Below, in pieces: positions 24,797 to 36,218 of a stretch of DNA of 64,000 bases. The DNA is from Styela clava. Its lineage: Eukaryota. The stretch's first letter is position 1. Each line of letters begins with the position of its first letter. The stretch is taken from positions 1,736,001 to 1,800,000 of the forward strand of contig NC_135255.1 of assembly GCF_964204865.1 (NCBI RefSeq), in the 5' to 3' direction. Made by a program: the position numbers and the translations under genes. The notes beneath the pieces were generated by a model. That model made no database searches. It was not told the origin of the DNA and saw nothing but the letters and a program-made list of their open reading frames with translations.

Positions 24797-24831
24797 CTGT
24801 AGTCTATCGCAGCTTTTCTGGGACTAATTTT

Positions 24832-24945
24832 TAGGATAAGATTTACATATTTATCCCGGGGAAAGGGAAATCCGATACGACGGCTTAATCATATGGCGAA
24901 CCACCGCCTCTCGTTTAGTTACCAGCCCATGCCGGGGATGGGTTA
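24832..24945 (-). mobile_element. 3' fragment of the tRNA-derived SINE
   Basis: Matches the SINE 3' end (GATTTACATATTTATCCCGGGG...ACGGCTTAATCATATGGCGAACCAC). Confidence 0.8.
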
Positions 24946-25567
24946 AGTTGGAGTGGAGTGCATATTGCGCGAGACACTAGCTATACCGGTAACGATCGAA
25001 ATAGGCAAAGGGAGAAAGAACAATTGGGATCCATTTTCTTGAAGCATGATCAACTTCTTTATTTGACCACTGAACCACTGACAGTCCCGAGGATTGACTA
25101 ATACTGTGCGTTACAGTTTTCTTTGTTAGCGCCTCTGAATGGCATCTGCGACTTTAGTCAAGCGTAGGAAAAACTGGGAAACATCCGTAGATTAATTTAA
25201 TAACACACGACATCGTATGATAGCAGCGTCAAAAGTTTATATGATCAGTTTATATTTTTGAAATTCAAATTCAATATGTGGCGAATTCGTATACCATAGT
25301 TTCGCTTTGATAATAAAAAGTGGGAAAAACATGTAAATATTGTCTATAGTAAACAAACATGAGAGGTATTAATAGATTGACACCGGACCTGTTATTTATT
25401 TTTTATGCTTATTTAATTGAATTTGGTGGCAAGTCTGGCAACTGACTCTGATGACCTCCAAAGGTCGTATCGTTGCCTCCCAGTCATGTACCGAAAACAT
25501 CTGTTTATTTGTTATGTCGTAAGGTTATGTATATATTGTTTTCTTGGTTTGACAAAATAAAATAAAC

Positions 25568-25917
25568 TAGGATAGGATAGGATAGGATTTACATATTTAT
25601 CCCGGGGGAGAGGAAAGCCGATAAGACGGCTTATCCATATGGCGAACCACGGCCTCTCGTCCGGTTACCATTCCAAGTCGGGTATGGGATTAGTTTTTAC
25701 TGTATTGTTTGTTTTCGGAAGCATGGACTTGGTGGTGGAGGAAGCCGTAACCGACCAGCGGTTACGTGAACCACCCAACGACGGCGAGGAGTCCAGCAAT
25801 CCTCTCGCTCATAACCATCCCTACATGGGATTCGAACCTGCGAACCCACGCAGAGTAATTAGAGGTGCGGTGGCGAGCGTATTCCTAACGCTTAGCCCGT
25901 TGAGCCACACCGCCGCG
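25568..25917 (-). mobile_element. tRNA-derived SINE, full-length copy
   Basis: Minus strand GCGGCGGTGTGGCTCAACGGGCTAAG (A box) ... CGCAGGTTCGAATCC (B box, tRNA-Ser-like context); (ATCCT)4 tail. Confidence 0.92.
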
Positions 25918-26244
25918 CCAACTCTCTCTAAAAGGATGGGATCAGCCAATTGACCAAAGCATCGATCACTCATTTCCTTGTCTTGAAAAGGGAAATGTCC
26001 AGAGTCAATATATCAACTAGTAAAATATGTTGGAATGATTGAGAAGTTGAAGCATGGACTGCTTGAAAAACATTTGAAACTCTTCCCCAACACAGTGTCG
26101 ACGCCCAACGGGTGCTGATACCAGCTGATTTAAATATTAATCCTCGTATAGTGCTTGTAACATCTTTACCAGACTTATATTCCGGTGATAGTTTATTTGT
26201 CTCCATGTACTCTGCAAGCACTGGATCGTTTCCGGAGTCCAGTC

Positions 26245-29200
26245 ATCAGCAAATCCAAAGCTTTTCAGTTCATTATTTTCCCCGTACGACAATTCCACAA
26301 ATATTAGTTTCTGTGTTTATATTAGAAGTGATTCTATTGCAATTATGAAAATGAACATACTAAATGAATCGCCTTGACGAATTACTCTTTCCAATTTAAT
26401 TTTAGAAGTTAATATTGATATAATATTAGGTAGTCAATTTTGGATCCTACTTGCCAAAATTTTTGTTGTAATTTTGTAGTCTGAATTAATTGGTCTATAA
26501 CCGTGGTTATTAAACTGGGGGGCGCCTACCCCCCCCCCCCCCCCCCCCCGCTTGGGGAGCGCGAGAGGTCACAAGATGGAATCAGAAATTTCCGTGCAAC
26601 TGCTTCTGAAATGATCTTCGCGTTCGGTAAAAAATGCCCGCTTTTCCACGGTATAATAAATTTTTCTGTCTCGTAATATTCAATCTATGACAACTACAAG
26701 AATTCAATATGTCTCTATTTTTTAATTCATTTATTTTCAAGACAACTGCCCGATTATATTTAGTTTTGATATATTATATATTGCGCTCAAGCGATTTCAT
26801 TAACATCGTTAGAAAGATATTGTGTAAAATCCTAGAAAGTATATTTAATTTAGTACAATGAAAATACATATATATTCATCGCCCCAAAATTCCCGCGGTA
26901 CGGCTCGTGAGTCGGTCGTCGAGATTACGCCACCTGTCAGAAGAGCCGATTTTTTCAATTGATATGTAATGGTTTTTCTGATGAATAAAATATTCAATCC
27001 ATGACCGATATACATTTATTTATTAAATTGTGATAAATTAAATCTGCGAATGCGTCGATAAAATGAAAGAACCAAATACTCCAAAATACCACGGCAATCT
27101 GCGGACATAAAAATGTGTGGCAAAGTGCCCAATCACATTTTGTTTCGATTCGTATTCTTTCAAATTAGACCAATATGAGCGGTCACTGCAACTCTTACTC
27201 CGCTCCATTGCAATGTTGCTACTCGATTATTTTTAGGATATATATAGAAAAATTCCTAAGTCTGCGATAAAATCCCACGGAGTAAAATTTATTTTCAAAT
27301 CGGTAGTTTTAGAACACTGCAGGTGTGCCGCAAGCACAAGGAATTTATGATTTGCAATGTCTAAGAAAGTTTTTGTGATCTGTCGATGTCCATTCCAAAA
27401 CAAAACTCATGGTGTTTTCCGTTTACGGATTCACGTTTTTATTCTATCTTTAGCATCCCGTCGCAGATGATTAGTAGTGAATTGTGATTGGTAGTGAATT
27501 TTGGAAACATTAGGCAAGCCAAGAAGTCTGTAATTGTTGTGTATTTTTAACACACAGTAAATAAATTTTAAATTCCTCAGTGTAAACAATTGATTTTGCG
27601 TGTCCAATGTAAACGTTTAAGCAGAAAATACATTAAAGCGCAAAAAGCATACTTTTATTGCGTGTTTAGTTTCACTTAAAACTCAGTTTGACTTTACCAG
27701 GTATTGCAAACTAGGCGGAAAAAGGAGAATGTATGATGACCACTATTTGAGTATATGGCTTCATACGTACGCCAGTGGAAGACGAAGTTGTACTCCGATG
27801 CGCTATGAGACCAACAGTCTTACAGCGCATCTTAATATAAAGCAACCTGCCCAGCAAAAGGGGGGGGGGGGGGGGGCGAAATTTGTAAAAATTTTCAAAG
27901 GGGGGGGGGGGGCGGCTCAGAAAGTTTAAAAACCACTGGTCTATAAACTATAGTTTTTTTTTTAATTTATTTTCTGCTCTCTATTTGTGTATCTGTGTTA
28001 TATAACCCATTTTCGAGGCATTATAGGTATGTACTCTTCTCCATACATTTGTTTTATTACAATAGTGAACTCCACTTTTATTATTTCCCACCATTTTTGT
28101 AGAATTATATTCCCAGACCATCTGGACCTGGAGTTTTCCCTCTTTAATGGTTTGAATCATTTTTTATCTTTCTATATTTTTCTGTAAAATTTCATTTTCT
28201 TCTTGTTTCACTTTTCTCCCTGTTGTTGTTACCCTATTTAAAAATATGTTTTTAATGTCTCACTGCGATCGGCTTTACTATACAGTTCTTTATAACAAGT
28301 CTGTAACAATATTCATTTAGGTTATTTTGAATTGTGCCGTTTTTGTCTTTTAATTTTCCAAATATTTTCATATGTTTGGTTTTTAATTGTTTGAAAAGAG
28401 ATTTAGTACATTTTTTGTAATTGTCATTTTTCCTGCAGTATTCTGGATAAAAGTTTTGCTCTTGTTTTCCCGATTATTCCACTTTTCTTTTTATTTAACA
28501 AAGTCAAAACTCTTTTTCCATTATTCAATTTTTCTTCAAGTTTTTGTAATGTTCCCACTTCCTCTGCTCTAGACATTTTTCGGAGAATTAACTACAAAGA
28601 CTTTTATTTTATTTGTTATCTTCATCGACGATGACGTCTTGGATTCAAATAATCATTGTAAAGTTTTCTAGTTCTTCCATTTATGTCACAGTTCTATCAT
28701 GAAATCCTTATTTTCCTAAACTTTAACATTGTTTTTTTTTCAAAATCCTCTACTTATATCTTTCATTGTTATCTCTACTTCAACTTCAATTGTGTAATTA
28801 TCTTGATCAGAAAATATTGTGGGGCTACATTTATAATCACTAATTTTACATTCATTTTAGTACAGTAAAATCTATCTAATCTTGCTTGAACCATGTTGTT
28901 ACGCCATGTAATTGAGGGATTTGCATTTCTAAACCACTCAATGGAATCAGCTGACTAAAATACCTCTATCATATAATCAAGAGACTCAAAAACATATTCT
29001 CTACGTGGTCTCTTATTACCATTCCCAAAGCGGTCCCTATCAACATCATGTACACAATTTGTGTCTCCCTCTAAAAAAGCATTAAATGGTGAATACACGA
29101 AACGAGATAAATTATCATAAAAACTTCTTGTGTAATTACTTTAGTTTTACAAAGGGCATATACGGTATATTACCTAAATTTATTACTTCGCCACATATAT

Positions 29201-30400
29201 TTATATCTGTAGCAAGTATTCCCTCCCCCATCCCATGAAATATGATGCGCCAATTTTAATTTCAGTAGTATTGCTACACAACGAGAATTAGACTAATCAG
29301 AATTCCATAGAGAATTTCCCTATATCCAAACCTTACTCCTCTTATTGTCTAATCTACATCATCAGTAGTGTGTGTCTCTTGAATAAATATAACGTCTGAA
29401 TTTTGATTAGATAACAACAGTAATAAACTTTTTCTTTTCTGATCATCGCGTTAGCATTGTTATGTATATCACCATAACAGTATTTTTTATATGATATTTC
29501 AGCTTGTTTCGATATTCCAATTTAATTCATTCATTTGTTGTATTTCATTCTTTGTTTTTCTTGTCTTATGTATAGTTTAGTTATAGTGCTTCCTGAGCTG
29601 TATTTATTTTCACGATCTGTTTTTTTTATTTTGCTTCAATTGTATATTTTGTTATTATACTATAGCCTATCTTGTTCATCACTGCTGATTTTTGACAAAT
29701 TTCCTTTGCCACATTTTAATGTTAGTTGTCATTTTGGTAATTTGAGTCTATCTTTAAGATCACGTTCTCTGGCAATAATTTCTTAATTTTAATTCCTGTA
29801 GGAATCGTTAAGTTCCTCGTTCTGGTTTATCTTGCCAAGGAGTTGATGGTTGAGTTGCGTTTATACATGACAGTTGTAATACTTCTTGTACATTGTCATA
29901 TCGGCATTTACATTGTCTTGGGGCTTATATCGGTTGAATCTAAGTATTTCCGTTTGATCGATTAATGTTCTATATCTATCAGGCAATTATTTCAAATTAT
30001 ATTTCACCTAACATTTGCAAGTTCATTCGCTTACATATTCAGATAGTACGGTCCTTCAAGACAATTTGTGAGAGTTTGTACGCCTCTATTACTTGGATAT
30101 ACTTTTAAACTTTCAACGATGTTTTTCATATTCTGTCTTCTTCTCGTTGTTTGACGTATATGGGGCTTGGTTGAAGAATATCCTCATTTGGGTGTCACTT
30201 ATAGCGTGATGTAAGAGTGTGTCAGTAGAAATACTGACAGTGTTTAATTGGGACCTTTATACAGAGGGCGTCGTCCCAGTGTAGTTTTTTATTTCGAATT
30301 ATCATAAATTATAAAATTTTACCTTTTTGGTCCGGGGTTGCTCATTGAATATTCACAGCTGACTTAGGTGTTTCCCCATCCGCTACCTTGGGGACCCGCC
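26245..30400 (-). mobile_element. Degenerate L1/Tx1-clade LINE (APE endonuclease plus RT), interrupted by a hAT element
   Basis: Minus-strand motifs in order: DVIFIQETH (~29380), GDTNCV..DR (~29060), QARLDRFY (~28880), KTPGPDGL (~28125), DYKITTKILASRI (~26460), RQGDSFS (~26370), GFADD (~26245). Many stops and frameshifts; the 5' boundary is approximate. Confidence 0.85.
26501..27938. mobile_element. Non-autonomous hAT (Buster-type) element, 1.44 kb
   Basis: TIRs CCGTGGTTATTAAACT / AGTTTAAAAACCACTG; perfect TSD GTCTATAA (26493-26500, 27939-27946); subterminal poly-C and poly-G runs; related copy at 58759. Confidence 0.9.
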
Positions 30401-32110
30401 CAGTAGAGGTGAGGTCAAATTCCCCCTGGGTATTATTCTTTTCTTCCTGTTGTTGTTGTGAAAAAAGTGATTTGAAATGAGAGTTTTTGGAAGGGGGAAC
30501 AGATCATAAAAGTTTATTGTTATTATTTCTATGAAAAGTTGATTGAGATAAATATTAGTTAATTGGATGCAAATTTTCGTTTGATGTTCCGCAGACAAAT
30601 TTCGTTATAAAAGTGTTCCGCGGTTCAGAAACTGGTGAAAATCACTGGCCTCAAATTTTTAAAATAACAATGAATTAATATTCAAAACTTCTGTATTTAT
30701 TAAATGTATTGAAGGCCGTCGACTGACCATACATTTGGACTCAGTGTTTGTTGTCGTATTGCTTGCACCAGTATAAAATATTTACAGATCGAAGTTGATC
30801 CTAGTTGCGAGACGGTAAATTAGAAAAGCTTACAAATATCAAGCACAACAAGGAACCCATCGATGAAAAGCAACGCTAGTCGTCATTTGCAGTGTACGTT
30901 ACCCATTTGCTGCGGTCGTCCTACTTCTGAAACAAAGACAAAAAAGAACGGCACTTCTGATCTGAATAATGTAAAAATGATGTAATTATACGTTGTATAT
31001 ACATATTTATATGATCAGAGTCGCGCAGAAGGACGTGTCTGGCATATCGGATATGTTTGATAAATAATAAAGTAATGTTATACATTATATCCTCTAGGTG
31101 TTGCTGCTGAGTATACTATATCATCTTCTGGCAGAACATGTGATAAAAAGTAGCCTATGTTGTTGTACACTCTACAACAGATTTATCATCATGCAAAAAC
31201 TGAGCTAAAACGTAAAAAGCTCTTGTAATTGTTACAGGCGCTTTTTTCTGCTATATTATTGTTCAGTTGAACGGTTTTCAGCCATTTCATGACGCAGTAT
31301 CTTGAAACGGTTCTAGGGTATTTCAATGCCGTCGGTTTCTCTAGCCATAAACGCATCGCTAGGAGTAGACCCGGAAATGGAGCGTGCAATATGCATGACT
31401 ACGTGCGCACTTTGTGTCTCAGCATCAAACATCAGCTGGACGCTCTGTACCTGTAGCGATTAACTCTGAATATTTCGACTTGTAGTGCTCAATCTAACTC
31501 AATAATCAGGCGGAGAAGTGTTTGTTGACGATTCAGACAAGGAATCTGACTAATTCCCGAAATTTTGAATACAATAATTTTAGCCAGCAACACGAGCTAA
31601 CAAAATGTAATTAGGTAGGTAGTATTTTAGCAACGTTTTCAATTAAAATACTTGTTAATGACACGCATATCCCATATAAATTTACGAAGACTGCTGGCGT
31701 GGGGAATTTGGCTGCGGCTGATCGAGTCCAACAGAATATGAGATCATCTGATAGTAATAGATATACTGCACTAGATCAATGCGTTATTTCAGCTAATCCC
31801 GACTTTTCTCGACTCATTTGTAAGAACCCGTACCAGATACCTTGTGACAATAGAATACATTGTGCATATTTAGTAGTACAGAACTATTTTGAATATGAGT
31901 GTTCAGACGAGAATGATACAACCGCTTCTTTCTAATGTATTACTCACTGTATTTGCTCAGACATATCATTTGCTATTTTATTGTTCCTATTTTGTTAACA
32001 AGATCTACTATGCAAATTTTCCCACTTTAATTGTACTGGAATCTAAAATAAAAATTGTAAACTTCTATAGTTCTCAAATAAGATTTTAAATCTCCTAAAC
32101 CTGAAGTTAC

Positions 32111-32940
32111 ATATCGTCACGCTAATAACCGAATTGCGTAAGTCATTTTTGGCGATTTTGAGTTTTTTATAAAATAGGTATTTATGTAATGGTGCGCACC
32201 TGTCTGTTAACTCAGATTTTATTTTAGGAATTCCGAAACCCATAAAAATGGAGATTTAGTATGACATGCACATTTGTGCAATTGTTTTGTCATAATGAAT
32301 TATCCTTGTTACCGCAGTACTATTGTGACGTCACAAAGGTAAAATAACCTCGGCGAAATATTTTCGAGTTTTTGCATCTCGGATTCTAGCTTAGGGCGTA
32401 TTAATTTGAATTTTTACTACAGTATAGGAAGACATACACTTGTGATATTCACTGTCCGAGTCAAATTTACCTTGGTTGGCTTTTATATTGGGTGCATTGC
32501 TGTTTTATTCTTTATATTTAATCTTAGTCCTATTTCGGTGGGTGTGCAGAACGTGTTATATTGATGAAATATATATTTTTAAACATAAAAAATGATGTAA
32601 TTGAAACTGATTAGCTATTTTGGGGATTAGACATTGTAGATACTGAGAATTACATTCGTTTTTGGAATGTTTAGTTTTCAGGACTGGTGCATATAGTAGA
32701 GTTGCAAAATTGCGTATGTCACCAAGTCATAGACACATTTCTGCCTAAGTCACAGTGCGGCATTATGACGTCACTTAACTGCGTCATACAAATTAACTTA
32801 AATCCGGCTACGATCAAAAAATTGAACCATGGCAAATTATTGACTCTCAATTGCATAACAAAATCATTAGGAAGTTTTTTACGTTTTTCTCAAAACTGCT
32901 AAAAATGACTTACGCAATTCGGTTATTAGCGTGACGATAT
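32111..32940. mobile_element. Unclassified MITE with ~50-bp TIRs
   Basis: ATATCGTCACGCTAATAACCGAATTGCGTAAGTCATTTTT at 32111 and its exact reverse complement ending at 32940; at most an AT dinucleotide TSD. Confidence 0.85.
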
Positions 32941-35900
32941 TATGCTGCGGGAGTTTTAACCTTCAAGTAATAGACTTTTGCATATTTACCAAACATCGAA
33001 GAGCGGAAATCAAAACCAAACATTCGTATTTATGAGTAGATTCCAAGCCAGAGCAGAATGATTGCGTTTTTATTTCCATTCGTTAGGGTTTGGTCATGTG
33101 GGTTTGCACTTCCAATATGACGAATATTATCAAAAATGTGCCCTGCCTCTCACGAAGTTCACCAGTGTGACGCGGAAAAGAATTGAGAAAAGTAAGTCAG
33201 AAAATATCGCACTTATACCCCGTGAAGTCGCTTTATTCGTTACTCGAATCACGCGTTTGGACTCGGTCTGAACAAACCTGATATCACCGTAGCCTGATTT
33301 AGCGTAAAGCTAAGCCTGATGAGACTACCGGATAAATGCAGAATATTAGCAACGAGAGCAACCAAACACGAATGTAGAACACGATGCGATGTCAACTTCC
33401 CGCGACTGTATTGTATCGACTTGTGAGAAGTGAGCGTGAAATTGTCAACCGTATTAGAGTGATTTTATAAATTCGTTCAAATAATATAGCTATCCGTAGC
33501 AAGGTATTGTTTTATTTTTTTCTCAAAGCTTATAGTCGAACATGAGGCAAAGATTGTAGTCAGTTGTAGGTAATGTAGATAAGTGAAATATTTTGTATAT
33601 TATATCAATTCTAGCTTCGTTCAGTGGTAGGTTGTCGCAGATGGAATAAATCAGACGAGGCTTTTTCAAACGATCATTACCTTGAAATTCGGTTTTATCA
33701 TCAGTATCTGTCCAGTACCTGTTATAGTTATGCCAGTTATTCCCTACTAATAACATTTCAAACGTAAAAAGCTTTCTGAGTTATGTTATAAATGAGTACT
33801 ACGCCTACAGTATGTTGCATTCCAGTTTGTGTTTTGTCGCTAAGAGTTAAGTGTGACATTTTTATTGTGGCTCTCTTACGATAAATTATTTTTGCGCCTT
33901 GGGATACGCGACTTGCGTAAACATAGCACGCTACGTAAACTTCAGAACGCATTAGTGATACAATAATTACGTGTTGTCGTGAGTCTTCGTTCCAAATCAC
34001 AATTTACGATAAAAATTTGTTGATTTTTTAGCAAAATTGTTTATACGTTTGAGGCTTAACCAAGGCAATATTTACTGCAAATAGCTATTAAGATAGGTTA
34101 TATATTTTGTTTATATATGGTTATAATGTACCGTGAAATATAAATTTTACTGCAAGGTCATTTATTTTCACAAGTGAGTTCAAGTTATAAGTTACATCAT
34201 ATAATTCAGAATAAATGTCAATCTGTCATGTAATGAAATGGAAGGCATCTTTGGATTCAGTTTATAAGGGCAATAGAGAAAGAATAACCACATTGCGCCC
34301 ATCATGTAAAGAAGTATGTGGATACAAATTTATTAGGAGAACCTTATTTTACAGAATAGTATTCATAAACCTTCGTGGCAGGCTTTAGATTTTTATCTGT
34401 TTTCGAAGATATTTTTAGTGTACCACAACAATTAAGAAGCATACTGACATAATTCGATAAATCCCTCAAGCATATTGTAGAATACCATACAAATATTTCG
34501 AAATATTATTCAGTACAGACTCGCCGGAAGTCGTTCTATTGATGAGCATATGCAGTCGCGTAGTTCCACGCATACTGCGAAAACAAACGTAAGATCGGCC
34601 AGATGAGGTGATACCTAATGCTATGAATGTGAATGAGTGAACGGTCACAATTCAACGTAGTTAGCTTTAAAAAATGAAACTCATCTTCATACCAATGGCT
34701 TACGCTTTAAATCGTTTAAAATTTGAGTATTTGTCCGATATGTTAGCCGCCCTTTTCTGTTAATTTTTCCTAAATACGTACCAGATCTCGAAGAACATAT
34801 ATTTTGAATAGTTGCGGATCAAGATAGAGGAGAATACAACTTGAATATTATAGCATCTAAATCACTTGTGCAAATGCCAACATTTACGACGACGATTCGT
34901 CCGTTTTTATATTCGAAATATTTCGAATACTGGTTAGGACCACACATATGCAACAAGATACATGCGCTTCTATGGCCCATGCTTACACTGCATTGAACGT
35001 ATCAATATAGTTTTTGCATTGACTTCGAGATCAAGAAGTCGCAATTTTAGATTTGTTTTTGTAGACTACTGTATCAAATATATTACTTCCAACGCGTGTC
35101 TTTTTGCATTATTCAATCAAGGGGTTCACTTAAATATTCTCAATTCACTGAATAATGCACAATAGGGTTTCTGATCAATAGTAGTATATGGCAAACAAGC
35201 TAAAGGGATAATCCAGATAATTACAGAGTTGCACATATTATGTTCTTATTTCAACAATATCCTGATATAAACCCATAAATTGTTAATGTAACAGTTACGA
35301 TAAATCAAACATAACATGCCACAAAGTCAAGCTTTGAGAATTTGATATACTGATATCCATGCTTGGCGCATGGTAATGGTAACTCGAGTGGTTCAGATTG
35401 TTGAACTGTGTTGGATAAAAATATTTTCCAAGGATCAGATGCTTTTGGGGTTGCTTTTTTTCTAGTATATCTGGCATCATGTGACCTGCTATACATGGGT
35501 AATTCAGGTCTTAATTCCTTCCTAATGATAATTCTTGAGGACTGAAACGCAAAATGCATAACGACCATCAGATTGAGATCAGCTTGTTTTCTCTTCTCTA
35601 TGGTTAATCAGAGAAAGGGTGGTGTTTTAGTTTACTGAACTAGGATTAGCTTGCAACAAAGAAGGGTAAATTAAGCTAATAGCCATGCAGCTGAGCAGTT
35701 GCAGACAGTTTCGTCATAGTGATGTGAGGTTGCGTGCTCAGCATGAGTTCAATTGTTGGCTCGTTCAACTATTATATCAATATGTGTGTATGGCCTAAGC
35801 TTATGAAGCATTTTAAAAGCGTGAAAGTTTCATATGATTGTCATATTTAACCCAAAATGCGAAATTTTTATCAAAATCACGGCTCTCTTCCGTAACTGTG

Positions 35901-36218
35901 ATGCCTTCATATAAATTCATATACCAGTAATACATTATATTGTAGCTATAGCATCACGAATAGTATAGCTTTGAGTATTCTTTTATCAGTAATCTGAGGT
36001 AGCGATCTTGTTTTGGACAAATTTTCACAGGAAAAATATGGTTTTCAAATCTTAACTGTGGCTTTGTATTTGTAAATTTACATATTTATATTTTGTATGT
36101 TTTCAGAAATAAATTTTATTGTAAATAGGACCAGATTGGGCTTATTTGCTCGTTGATCAAAAATCGGAATTTACGTTCACGTTCTAACAATCTGGAAGGC
36201 TTTGTTAAGAGCGCAAAA

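Noticed and set aside
25970-26221. 83-aa minus-strand ORF adjoining the LINE RT end
   Set aside because: No recognisable motif, non-ATG start and no splice support.
31400-33510. Upstream non-coding exons or promoter of the G-alpha gene (donor-like AG|GTAGGT ~31614, AG|GTATTG ~33503)
   Set aside because: Plausible, but splice-like motifs alone cannot support a call without transcript data.
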